Origin: Eledone cirrhosa
Taxonomy: Eukaryota
Length of the DNA: 64,000 nucleotides
NCBI GenBank assembly: GCA_964016885.1
Contig: OZ024742.1
Span: 293,880,001 to 293,944,000, forward strand
Reading direction: 5' to 3'
The position numbers and the translations under genes were made by a program. A model generated the notes under the pieces. It was given only the letters and a program-made list of their open reading frames with translations. It had not been told where the DNA came from and did not search any database. Below, piece by piece: positions 1-16,066 of this stretch (position 1 is the stretch's first letter; every line of letters starts with the position of its first letter).

Positions 1-945
1 CGGTGTCATAGGTGGTGGAGATGGTACACTCTGGTCTTCAATAATGAAAATGCCTGCATAGCATTCAGCAATGAGCTCTGCGCATTCCTTGGGGTCGTCA
101 GTAACCTGGCTTGTGTGGGGATTGCGAAGAGGACCAACTGGAGAGTGAGGCCTCTGCTTTGAGTGAACATACTTCCAGAACACCTTACTGTCAGGGCTGG
201 TAGCTATGCGCTGCTCAAATTGAAGCACTGCCTTTTTTGTCACCTGTTTGAGGTGGTTGGACGATCTATTTCGCCTCTTCCTATTAATGTCTGATTTGTG
301 AAGTTTGTACTCACGTTCAGCATTGCGCCGTTCTTTTCTGGCAAGACAGACTGCTGCAGTCTCCCAAATTGCACTTTTGGGATGTTTTTTCCGCTTACGT
401 GGCACCGATGCTGCACATGCTGTCCATATTGAGCTCAGGATGTTCTGGAGTACAGTGTTGACATCTCCAGAGTCGTAGAACTCAAGCCAGTTTGGCCGTT
501 GCAACTCGGTGCAGTAACAGTTCCAGTCTGCTTTATTCCAGTCAAAGTGAGCAGTTTGGAGATGGTTGTGGTTCTTGTTACTGCCCATGAGGGATAGATT
601 GGCAATGATCATAGCATGATCAGGGTCACCTAAAGGTTCCTCAGCAGTAACACTAATGACCGTTTCAGGAGTAGTGGTGAAGAGTAGGTCCAAAGTGTTG
701 TCACCTCTCGTTGGGGAGGTGACCACCTGGGACCAACTCGAGTCCAGCACCAGCTCAAGGAAGTCATTTGCACTTGGCGGCCAACGAAAGGTCTCCCAGT
801 CAATCTCAGGGTGATTGAAGTCACCTGCAATGAAAACATAAGTGGCTGTCTTCCTGGCAGCAGCTCTGAGGATATCACAAAGTTGAGTGTCCTGATGGTA
901 ATTTGGGGGACGGTAAACGACTCCAAGTAGCAGTGTTGACATGGT
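1..945 (-). mobile_element. CR1-like LINE ORF2 fragment (APE endonuclease and linker), running off the window start
   Basis: Manual minus-strand translation: ...LLGVVYRPPN...VFIAGDFNHPEIDW...PTRGDNTLDLLFT...LGDPDHAMII...KVFWKYV. These are APE motifs (YRPP, GDFN, LDL, DH) of CR1/L2-type LINEs. Absent from the ORF track because the frame leaves the window. Confidence 0.85.
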
Positions 946-949
946 CATA

Positions 950-1357
950 CGTATAGAGTAATACAATAGTATATATAGAGTAATATAATAGTATATATAA
1001 AGTAATATAATAATATATATAGAGTAATACAATAGTATATATAGAATAATACAATAGTATATATATAGAGTAATATAATAGTATATATAAAGTAATATAA
1101 TAATATATATAGAGTAATACAATAGTATATATAGAATAATACAATAGTATATATAGAGTAATATAATAGTATATATAAAGTAATATAATAATATATATAG
1201 AGTAATACAATAGTATATATAGAATAATATAATAATATATATAGAGTAATACAATAGTATATATAGAATAATATAATAATATATATAGAGTAATACAATA
1301 GTATATATAGAGTAATACAATAGTATATATAGAGTAACGTAAATGCTAAAGGGTTAA
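950..1357. repeat. AT-rich ~22-bp minisatellite (tatatagagtaatacaatag variants) ending in a TTAA-MITE terminus
   Basis: Tandem units are visible. The array ends in aaatgctaaagggttaa, identical to the MITE end at 40340-40356. Confidence 0.8.
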
Positions 1358-1530
1358 AAACAATGTTGCTGTAAATGCTTGGTTTCCATAAGCTAGTTTG
1401 CAACCTGTATAACGTACAGTAACATATACCAGTGTATGTTTTGCAACTGACTGACAGAACACACATGCTTTTTCTCCATTCCTTCTTCTTACTCTCTATC
1501 TTTCTATTTCTTCTTTTATTACTCATTCTA

Positions 1531-1566
1531 TCTTCTGATGAAAGACGAGTGTCCAAAATATTAAGA
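1531..1566 (+). ncRNA. Decayed minimal type I hammerhead motif in a Penelope-like 3' end
   Basis: tctt CTGATGA aaGAC gagt GTCc AAAA tatt aaga, with G12 lost (cgaaa>caaaa). The downstream sequence resembles the 3' end of the PLE at 59233-59380. Confidence 0.45.
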
Positions 1567-1684
1567 CTCTTTTCTTACTATATCAAGTGTTAAACTAATA
1601 TATTTCTTCGTTGTACTGTATTGTTTGCTTTATTGTTTCTGTTTACTTTTCACATACATATATATGTGTGTGTGTATTATTATT

Positions 1685-1875
1685 ATTTGGATTGACAGTA
1701 TCAATAGAGGGTTGGACGCCATGCTTTGATGCATAGAGTTATAGCCATTCTGAGTTCAAATCCCGCCGAGGTTAACTTTGCCTTTCATCATTACGGGGTC
1801 GATAAAATAAAGTACCAGTAATGTACTGGGTAATTGCTGGCCTTGTGCCTAAAGTAGAAACAATTATTATTATTA
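1685..1875 (+). mobile_element. tRNA-derived SINE (family A); other copies ~2262-2455(-), ~2905-3045(-), 6102-6288(-), ~41582-41800(-), ~48868-48985(-)
   Basis: B-box-like gagttcaaatccc, a shared core gcctttcatc..ggggtcgataaaataaagtaccagt, and an (att)n tail. Multiple similar copies occur in the window. Confidence 0.8.
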
Positions 1876-3563
1876 TTTTCTTGGAGACTCAGTTATTGAT
1901 GTTATTTAACTGGAAAGTTTGTTCATATGAACATCAAGCTGCTACCTGCAACCGCAGATATTCAGGACATATCGGAAGGTTCTTGCTGTTCCCAGCAAGC
2001 ATGCCTTTTGAAGTGTTCCAAAAAAGGGAGCTGGACTAATGTTCTTTAACCATCCTTGAAAACTCTTCGAGATAGTACCTAAAGCTTCTCTGATAATTAT
2101 CAGAGGTCATCCTGAATATAATCAGGATGACCTTCATCTCATCACAGTCCAAAATCCTTTTTAATTCCTACATTCAACGATACCTTAGGTGTAACAATAG
2201 AACACACACAGTACCCATTTCTACTGAATCGTGTCATTTTCACATTACCTTTCCACCCATCTAATAATTGTTTCTACTTTTGGCACAAGGCCAGCAATTA
2301 TCCCAGTGTATTACTGGTACTTTATTCTATCAACCCCATAAGGATGAAAGGCAACGTTAACCTCAGCGGGATTTGAACTCTGAATGTAAAGGGACGTAAC
2401 TCTATGCTGCAAAGCATGGCATCCGACCCTCTACCGATACTGCCAATCCACTGCCATCCCTCTAATAATGCACATTAAACTTTAAATGAAAATGCTTCAC
2501 TTTGACTATCTAGAAAAACATGGTTACTATGATAGCTGTGATATAACCACCTTAGAATACAGACTATACATAAACACAATGATAATAAAATGTTGTAGCT
2601 TGCTTGAAGCATTTTATATATTATAATATATATAATGTGGAAAGTGATACAAGGTTAAACAATGCAAAATGGACTATAAAATGAAGGTAACAAAAAAGTT
2701 AGTTACCTGGTAATCTTTGTTTTGTGTTTTTTTTTTGTTACTGTTGTTCTAACAAATACTGCATGGCATCTTGTCCAGTGCTCTAACAATTCTAGCAATA
2801 TATACTTCTATTCTGAATCACACTGTGTTAGTGCAACTACTAATGTATCATATATATCACCCAAACATGCTGCCCAATGCTCTAATGATTTCTGCTTGGC
2901 TACTGTACTTTATTTTATCAACCCCAATACGATAAAAGGCAAAGTCAATGCTGGTGGTATTGGAACTCAGAGTGTAGAAATCCAGAATAAATACTGCAAG
3001 GCATCTTGTCAAATGCGCTATCAATTCTGCCAATCCACCACCCTGGTCTAATATTTTATTTTATCAACTCCAAAAGGATGAAAGGCAAAGTAGATATTGG
3101 TAGGATTTGAACTTAAAGCATGGAGATGTTTGATAACATTGAAAGTTATCAATGGTTATAACAGGCAGCTTCCATCATATATGGAAGAAAAAAAGAGAAA
3201 TTTTGAAAAGTTTAAACAATAATTTTAGATAAGTCATTTAGTTATCTCTAATGAAATTCTAGGCAGTCTTAGAATGGTAGGAAAATCCCTGTAGAATTAA
3301 TTCAGTGAGAAAATGTATGTTTAGATAAATTGGAATGAAACAAGACAGTGGAATGACAGACTGACTGTGATGCTTAAGAATGTACGATGGAATGAAGCAT
3401 GGAAACATGGCCCAAATTAGAAATACTTGTTTGGTAAAAGGGTTTATAATATGAAGTAACTGAGATATAGTATAGAAGATAGCTTAGCCCTTCCGTTATC
3501 ATATTTCTAATGAAAGATACAGTCTATTATTTTCAACTAGTTTTGAAAATAATAAAGAATTGG

Positions 3564-4017
3564 TAACCCTTTGTTACTAACCCGGCCAAAACCGGCTCTG
3601 GTTCTATGAAATAAAACCACCCATTTTAAAGGTTTCCAACTTAAATTAAAATCTTCCAACATAATTTTATATAAGAACTGCAAAGTGGTCGTGGAGGTGC
3701 CACGGCGAAAAAGCACCCAGCCCACACTGTAAAGTGGACGTGTAGGTGCCACGGAAAAAAAAAGCACCCAGCACTCACTGTAAATGAGGTTGGTGTTAGG
3801 AAGGGCATCCAGCTGTAGAAATCAAGCCAGAATAAGTTCTCGTCCCACCCTTGCAAGCAGAGAAAAGCGGACGTAAAATGACGATGATGATGAACCTTTC
3901 ATTAAGTTACTACCTTAGTAATGAAATAATTAATAATTGTAGTGAGTCCCTCAAAATTCTTCATTAATTAATTAAATTAGAAGGTATTTTATTAGAAATA
4001 TCACCATGAAAGGGTTA
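3564..4017. mobile_element. TTAA/CCC-ended (piggyBac-like) MITE carrying a SINE-tail insertion at 3679-3895
   Basis: Ends are taaccctttg...gaaagggtta. The uninterrupted copy at 51595-51832 reads atataagaac|cttacattaag across the insertion point, and gaac is duplicated. Confidence 0.75.
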
Positions 4018-5106
4018 TGCTAATGTTTGAAACATAACTTAACCCTATTGCTTTCCATATTTCTATAAAAAAGATTTCACTGTTCTTTCATAACAAGTTA
4101 ACCCTTTTGGTACCAAATTCTTGATTTTTTTTTTTTTATTATTATTTGAAAACCATAAGTAGTGTCTTTCATTATGTTAATGAAAGGCTTAAAATATTCA
4201 TATTTATCAAAAACCTATCATTATTTTACATTAAAATATTTCATGTTTCAAACAGCAGTTTAATATTGAGGAAGTTATTCTAATAAATGCAACAATTTTT
4301 TTATTATTTTCAAAATAAGCAGTGTCCTTAAATATAGTCAGGAAAGGGTAAATTTGTTATGAAACAAGACAATGCAATCAAAGACTGGTTGTGATGCCAA
4401 AGACTGTACGGCAGAAGGAATTATGGAAATACAGCAAAGGTTAGAGCTTATTTGTGGTAAAAGTGTTCTTAATATAATGTAACTGTGATTCAAGTATAGA
4501 AGTTGGCTTATAGAGAACAATTATATGAAATACTCTGAAGAAAATACAATAAGATTGTCAATAAAAGGTTGGGAATTATTAGATAATCGGAGAGTGAGAG
4601 AGACTTGTATATTTGAGAGATAATCTTGTCAGTTAACACTTTGATATTAAACCCCCTGTAACCACACCTGGTTCTACAATATTAAAGCTGTTTATTTTGC
4701 AGTGTTTATATTCAACTAAAACCCTTCCATCATAATTTTATGTAATATGTAAGGATCTTTGTTATGTCTAACGTAAATTTGAACAAAAATATATATTTCT
4801 CACATAGTTAATAATGGTTTTAAATGGTTCTTCATTCTAAAGAGGCAGCTACTATATTACCTGTTTATTGAAAAAAATATATTTAACTTAGGTTATGTAC
4901 CTAACATGATGAGATTTTGAAGAATGTATGTTGGGAAACACATAATAACAATGAACTCTGAAAAGATATCAATAACAATAATAACAGCAGCCACAAACAG
5001 CAGCAACAATAACAACAATAGCATCAACAACAGCAATAACAGTAGCAACAACAACTATTACCACAGCAGCAGTGGTAACAACAACAGCAATAACATATAT
5101 ATATAT

Positions 5107-5619
5107 AAAAGTAAACAAGATATTGTTTAAGGTAATCCAAATAGAGGTTACGAGTAATCTGTACCGTGGAGGATTTTAACGTGCGCCGTTGGTTGACTCG
5201 ACAAGATGTTTACTTAGTTGTGGCGTTCGAATTGCCGATCTCAGATATTTCCTAGGTAAGCAATTCCTGGAGTTTTAATAATGAAAGAATGAAGAATAAC
5301 ACGGATAAGCTATACAGTAGGGTTTATCCTAAGCATTAACATATGTTTCATTGACTAGTATATGATTGGATGCATCTTAAAATCACTATCTGCAATGATG
5401 TTGTGACACTCGATTATAAATACTGCTCATACCAGTCTAATTATCAAATATTTTGATAATTTGAATGGTATGAGCAGTATTTAAAATCAAGTGTCACAAC
5501 ATCATTGCAGATAGTGATTTTAAGATGTATTCAATCACATACTAGTCAACGAAACATATGTTAATGCTTAGAATAAACCCTACTGTATAGCTTATCCGTG
5601 TTATTCTTTATTCTTTCAT

Positions 5620-5622
<3 letters not shown>
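5107..5622. mobile_element. Fold-back element: ~345-bp imperfect palindrome (5278-5622, centre ~5450) plus unique tail
   Basis: The arms ataatgaaagaatgaagaataacacgg... and ...ccgtgttattctttattctttcattat are reverse complements. Each arm has an outward-pointing GAAACATATGTT. Flanked by (TA)n/(TG)n. Confidence 0.8.
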
Positions 5623-5667
<45 letters not shown>

Positions 5668-5697
5668 CGCACACACAAATCTGTTAAACAAGTAACA

Positions 5698-6520
5698 TCT
5701 ATGGACTACCTAAAATACATAAGAACAAACTAAATAATGAGACATATAAAAGGCGAAAATTAATTATGTGATTGTACCCTCACCAATTGGCTTAAAACTA
5801 AAAACTTTCAAAACCTTATCAATAATATAAACCATAACATCCAATTCACTAGGGACTTCAGTAATAAAAAAAATTCCTTTTTAGATATACTAATAACAAA
5901 AAGAGATGCAAAATTAGAAACTGATAAACATTTCAAACCTACCGTCCCCCAACAATACCTCCTTTATTACATATTCTCATCCAATACTCACCTGTACCTA
6001 TATTCCACTTAATTTAGCCAAGCAAATCTGCACAATAATCTCAAACCCAACCACAAGAGACCATTGACTAGAAGAGATGAAAAAATTCTCATGAAGAGGA
6101 AATAATAACTGTTTCTACTTTTGGCACAAGACCAGCAATTATCCCAGTGCATTACTGGTACTTTATTTTATCGACCCCGTAAGGATGAAAGGCAAAGTTG
6201 ACCTCGGCGGGATTTGAACTCAGATCGTAAAGGGACGTAACTATGCTGGAAAGCATGGCGTTCGACCCTCTACCGATACTGCCAATATCAACAATATTAT
6301 TCAAAAAGCAAGACAAATTAACATCCAGAAATTCATAAAAACAAAAACAAAAAAGGAAAAATGTATTATACCATATCGTTCAAAGAACACCAAAATCTCT
6401 ACACACACATCTAACCTACCTGTTCTATTAAAGGGAAAAAAATGAAAAACTTCTTACAGAAATATCAAATTATAAAAATTAATAGACAGGTAAAGTCATT
6501 AAAAATGATACTGACGAATT
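5698..6520 (+). pseudogene. Decayed Penelope-like element reverse transcriptase, interrupted by a SINE at 6102-6288
   Basis: Manual translation across frameshifts: YGLPKIHK; FQNLINNINHNIQFTRDFSNKKNSFLDILITKRDAKLETDKHFKPT..QYL..SHP..IPLNLAKQICTIIS. This matches the PLE RT pattern YGLPKIHK / IQFT / FLD / KPT / SxHP. Confidence 0.75.
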
Positions 6521-7420
6521 TATATCATTTATTTATGTTCATACACAGAATAAAAGTGCTACCCAAGGTTTCATGGCCCAAATTTGACCATAACATATAA
6601 GTGCCTGAAAAAAAGTCACAAATGTGATTCCTCTTGTATTCTGGAGGTATGATCAAATTTGGGCCTTGAAATCTTGAGTAGTGCTTTTTGTTTTGAATGA
6701 ACATAAATAAATAATATAATATTTCTGCTCTCATCCCGATTGAGCGATTGAGCGCTATTTTCCCTTTTTCCCTTCACAACTATGGATATTTCTACATACA
6801 TACACACACACACACATAGCGAGACACGGTCACCCAACCCAACTTGCCTCAAATGAGACAAACCTATCTAACCCATGCTATCATGGAAGATAGACGTTAA
6901 ACGATGATGGTGATGATGATGATGATATATATATATATGCACATATATGGTACATAACAGTTTTACATGTTTTTCCATCCTATAAAGGTTAGATGGGGCT
7001 ACAACAACTTTGGATATGTTGAAGTAAGAATAGAAGTTATTTTCTAAATAAATATCACCTTTAACTGGTAAATGAAAGTGGATACTCTGTTTTGATATGT
7101 AGTTGATATCTAGGTGAGTGTAGCAACACACTCACACACACACACACACAATTCCTCCTATTTTGAACCGCCATCCAGTAATGTTTCATCTAAGCACCAT
7201 ATTAACATGAACCAGCTGTTCAAACCTCAATAATTGTATAGTCTCAAACAGGATTAAGTCTGAAGTAGCAGCTTGGGGGGGGGGGGGGGGCTGTTAATTC
7301 GTGATCACTCTTATAGGCGGTGAATTTATGGGTGTTTTTGTTTGTTCGTATTTCTTTCCTTTTCTTTTTCTCTCACTTTGATCATATATTTTTGTGCATT
7401 ATATTTGTGAGGGTCCTAGC

Positions 7421-7800
7421 AATAATAATAATGAAATTATTGTATACAGTGCTCAAGTGCACTACAACTCATCAAAGGTGCATGTATAGTACATAGTATA
7501 ATGTACAAATGTCAGGAAAGTGAACAGTGTATGAGTCATGATATACATGTGTACATGTATATGGAGGGGAAATATCAGGTGTAGTGTTGGCGAATTTCAG
7601 GAAGCATGGAGGTTTTAAAGGATGCAGTGTCCCAGCAGCTAACAAATGATGCAAGTTGTTTGTTCCATACTTCAGCAACTCTGAGTATGAAAATATGTTT
7701 CCAAAAGTCATGGGAGGTGTCCTGTTTTCTGACTTTGTAGGCATGCCCACGGGTGTTAGACACATGGAATTCAAAAAGGTGCTCAGGATTGTTGTTGGCA
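7421..7800 (-). mobile_element. CR1-type LINE 3' end fragment
   Basis: ORF 7575-7763 SNTRGHAYKVRK...IFILRVAEVWNK...FK matches the CR1 C-terminal TRGH..K..F..RV..WN..FK pattern. An (att)n tail lies at ~7421. Confidence 0.75.
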
Positions 7801-9032
7801 AGATGGTTAATAATTAATTGTATTTATTATGTGTTTATATTTGTGTTTATATTTTTATCCTGTAAGAATTTCAAACAATTTGTAATGTTATTTATACAAC
7901 TGTGAATAATAAACTTGAGATTGGTTGGCTACATTAGTATTTCATTTCATATATACATGGTATACACTATTTTTTCCCAGATTGAATTCCTACCCTAACT
8001 GATATTAGCTAAAATAAATCCCCACCCTGAAATTTGAAATTCCTTCCCTAGGAGCCAAGTGTCTCCCATTTGATAATTACTGCTATAGATACTGCAAAAC
8101 TGAAAAGAAACTGTTTATTAGAAAAAAAAACTGTTACTAAGAGAGAAGGTGAAAATTGAAGCAACTTGTTTTCACAACTCTTCAAATGTTAGTTTACAAA
8201 GTTTTACTTTTTCTAAGACCTTAAGGGCCATAGAAAAATGTTTCTCTGTAAATCATTACTTTATAAGGTCACAAAGAGCTCTTTTCAACTCGAAGGTTGA
8301 TTTATGTGCAAAATAAATTAAAAAGGCTACACTGAAATGTTGTAAGGGTTGGCAAGGAAAGGGAAATAACAGTTAACTGTTCTGTTAAGAAATACAACAA
8401 AGAGAAATGGAGTTATTAAGAATAAAGAGAAAAAAGAGTTTAGCTTCATTTAATGTTAATTCCCACAATACAAGACAGTACCTTCTCAGTTGACCTCTGA
8501 GGGTCCTCGTGGATTTGGTATTTTAAGGTCAATACCACTAACTCCAGTGCACATGGGACAGAAACAAATGGACACAAGACAGGATGATTGGTCTTTTGAC
8601 TATTTACAAATAGATAAAATTTGCTACAAACCAATGTGCTGTAACTGGAAAGAAGAGATAAAAACAAAGCTCAACATATTAACCAAGAAGAAGAAAAACT
8701 ATGCACAGAAAACAAAGTGAGAAAGAGAAGGTGGAAGAGACAGAGAATATACAAACATTAATAAAAAAAATTGTTTGTTTGGACATAAGTTCTATATAGA
8801 CAGACCAAACATGGAAGAAGCAGAGTATAGAGAACACAGCATATATAAAAAGCACCCAGTATGCACTGAAAATGTGGTTGACGTTAGGAAGGGCATCCAA
8901 CCATAGAACCAAGGCAAAATCAGTTCTGTATGAGCATGACATGGTCATCTGATCTGGCTTGTCTCACAACAGGATAACTCCTCAAACCCATGCTAGCGTG
9001 GAAAAATGGATGTTAAACAGTGAGATAATGAT

Positions 9033-9069
<37 letters not shown>

Positions 9070-9200
9070 GTGAGGTTTTTTTTACAAAATGAAAAATAAC
9101 CGAGGTGTCCTACACGAGTGAAAGTATAAAGAAAAAGAGATGAAATCGAAAATGCAACTGGACTCTTATTTTTTTTTTAAATATATATATTTATTTGGTT

Positions 9201-9238
9201 CCTTTACCGGTTTCGCAGTTCTTCTGCTTTTCAAAAGG
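9201..9238 (-). ncRNA. Minimal type I hammerhead ribozyme with U3-A8 variant core
   Basis: Minus strand: CCTT TTGAAAA GCAG-aagaa-CTGC GAAA CCGG TA AAGG. Stem I CCTT/AAGG, stem II GCAG/CTGC, palindromic stem III ACCGGT, site GUA. AATAAA follows; it lies in a (TA)n-flanked element ~9062-9272. Confidence 0.8.
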
Positions 9239-9284
9239 TGAGTTGAGATGGAGGGTCTGTGATTTTTCTCACATATATATATAT

Positions 9285-12937
<3,653 letters not shown>

Positions 12938-13394
12938 GAACACTGGAAGGTAATATCCGTAGTGGTAGAGCACTAGGTCCATGGGACGAGTTAGGTAGAA
13001 GTGGTTACACATATGGTGGTTACATATATATATATATATATGAAAAATATATCGTTTTTTACAAAAAACAATATAAAAACTGGAAAGAGGTAGGTGAAAA
13101 AGTGATATATATATATATCATCAACTCTCCATTTAACATCCATTTTTCCATTTTTCCATGCTATCTTGGGCATATTCCTCTACATGTGTAGTAATGTTGT
13201 AGGTATGTAGGGCAATTAAATGTATTATAATCAGTAGTACTAAAAAAATATTTGTGTTGCTATGTATCGAAGTGTATGTGTGTATGTGCGAGAGAAAGTG
13301 TGTGTGTGGGGGTGTTTGTGCATGTTTGTGTATGCATGCGGGTGTGTACCTGTCTGTTCACATTTGTGGTTCTTCGTTTATGTGTGTGTGTGTG

Positions 13395-13448
<54 letters not shown>

Positions 13449-13899
13449 TGTATGAGTGTTTGTGCATGTTTGTGTATGCATGTGTGCGTGTACCTGTCTA
13501 TTTGCCTTTGTGGTTTTTTGTTTATGTATGTGTGTTTTTGTGTGAGTATGTGAGTGTGTGTATGGGTGCGTGAGTGTGTGTGAGTGTGTGAGTGTGTGAG
13601 TGTGTGTGTGTGTATGAGTATGTGTGTGTGTGAGAGTGTGTAAGTGTGTGAGTATGAGTGAGTGTGTAACTAATTTCATTTCTCCTATAACTCATAGTTA
13701 GCTCAGCATATATCCAAGTAAGTGACTAAAACTCCATTTTGAAAAACAAACAAAACAATCAATTTCTAATTTCTATATTTCTATGTTAATTACTGATAAA
13801 ACAATTTTTAAACTGCCTGAGATATCAAAGTTGATGTTTTAGGACATCAATCAAATAAGCAAACAATCTTGGTAAGACCAGAGACATTAAATATATTGA

Positions 13900-14690
13900 T
13901 AACTGGACATGTTGCCTATAGGGGGGGGGGGGGGGTAATATAGTTGGGTGTGGTGGCTATAGGGGGATGAAGATGATGGTGGGGGGCTATAAGGGGATGC
14001 TGATGGGGGGGGGGGGTGCTATAAGGGGATGAAGATGATGGGGTGGTGGTAATATTGATGACTGGACATGTTGGCTATAGGGGGGTGATGATGACGGTGG
14101 GAGGCGGTGTAATATAGTTGGGTGTGGTGGCTATAGGGGGACTATGAGGGAGATGATGATGATGGTGAGGGTAATATAGTTGGGTGTGGTGGCTATAGGG
14201 GGACTATCGGGAGATGATGATGATGATGGGGGTAATATAGTTGGGTGTGGTGGATATAGGGAGATGATGATGATGATGATGGGGGTAATATAGTTGGGTG
14301 TGGTGGATATATGGGGATAATGATGATGGGGAGGCTATAGGGGGAAAGGTATAGTTGGGGGGTTGGACATAGGGGGTTGATGGTGGTGGTGGTGGTGGTG
14401 GTAGTGGGGTGGATATAGGGGATGATGATGATGGTGGGCATGTAATATAGTTGGGTGTGGTGGCTATAAGAGATGATGATGATGATGGGGGATATAGTTG
14501 GGGGTGTTGGATATAGGGGGATGATGATGGTGATGGGGTGGTAATGTAGTGGGGTGTGTTGGATATATGGGGGGGTGATGGGCAGGGGGGGGGGGGTTAT
14601 ATAGTTCGGTGTGTTGGATATAGGGGATGATGGTGGTGGTGGGAGTGGGGTGTAATATAGTTGGGTGTGTTGGATAAGAGGAGATGCTTA
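13900..14690. repeat. G-rich minisatellite (ggtaatatagttgggtgtggtggctataggggg + (atg)n units)
   Basis: About 12 degenerate tandem units are visible. Confidence 0.75.
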
Positions 14691-15102
14691 CAGGAATGGA
14701 TAAGGGGATGCTGAGTACACTTTTTTTTTTATTATTTTGCTTGTTTCAGGCTGTAGACTGCAGCTATGCTAGGAAACTGCATTGAAAGAATTTAATTGAT
14801 CATATCAACCCCAGTATTTATTTTAAGTCTAGTACTTATTTTATCAATATCTTCTTGTTGAACCACTAGGTGACATGAAATTAAACACAGACACAAACAC
14901 AATCATGGGTACAGACATACACACACATTACATATGCCAGTGTGGAAGAGTGTATGTTAAATGATTATGATGATATGGTATCAACCTTAATATATCGAAA
15001 CCTTATTGATTTCCAGAGGTTGACTGAAGAGTTGGGACTGTCTCTTCTGTCTTCTGTTGTTTTTTTCCATTGTCTTTGTTCTGTGTGCCTCCAATATATA
15101 TA

Positions 15103-15181
<79 letters not shown>

Positions 15182-15274
15182 TCATCATCATCATCATCAT
15201 CATTTTACGTCTGCTCTTTCCTGATTGCAAGGGTGGGACGGGAACTGATTCTGGCTATAAATATATATATATAT

Positions 15275-15670
15275 GGAAGCACATGGCTTAGTGGTTGGAG
15301 CATTGGGCTTGCAATTGAAAGGTTGTGAGTTCAATTCTCGGACCAGGTGATGTGTTGTTTCCTTGAGCAAGACACTTTATTTCACATTGCTCCAGTTTAC
15401 TCAGCTGTAGAAATGAGATGATAGGGACTGGGGTCCCTATCATTCCACTGCAAAGTGGTCATGGAGGTGCCACGGCAAAAAAGCACCCACCCCTCACTGT
15501 AAATGAGGTTAGTGTTAGGAAGGGCATCCAGCTGTAGAAATCAAGCCAGAATCAGTTCCTGTATGAGCAAGACAAGGTCAGCCGATCGGATACTGACCAC
15601 AACAGGACAACCTGTCTAACCCATGTTAACATGGAAGAACACACGTAAAACGGTGATGATGATGATGATG
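15275..15670 (+). mobile_element. tRNA-derived SINE (family B) with RTE-like 3' tail; other copies ~31702-31965(-), ~45627-45800(+)
   Basis: tggcttagtggt (A box), gagttcaattc (B box), ccttgagcaagacactt core. The tail gttaggaagggcatccagctgtagaaa...(atg)n is shared with the RTE 3' UTR. Confidence 0.8.
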
Positions 15671-15951
15671 ATATATATATATATATATATATATGATTAA
15701 GTTCTTGTTAAATTTTAATGTTACCTCTATAACTATGTGTGTTTACACTCTTCACAAATTATCCCCTGTTAATGTTTGGTATGTTTATTTTATATATATA
15801 TGTCAATCTACCTTTGATTTAATTTGATTTATTCCTTAGAATCTTTACGCTTCTTCTACAGGTGGTATGGCACATGTTTCTGATCTTCTCAGACATATCT
15901 TTAATTTTGTTAGTATATATATGCATGTATATACATATATGTATATATGTA

Positions 15952-16015
<64 letters not shown>

Positions 16016-16016
16016 T

Positions 16017-16066
<50 letters not shown>

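Noticed and set aside
15275-15345. tRNA-like A/B boxes
   Set aside because: This is a SINE head without a full cloverleaf, not a tRNA gene.
15860-15900. HHR-like CTGAGAA..GAAACATGTG on the minus strand
   Set aside because: The 3-8 pair is broken, G occupies the cleavage position and stem I is weak; at best a decayed relic.
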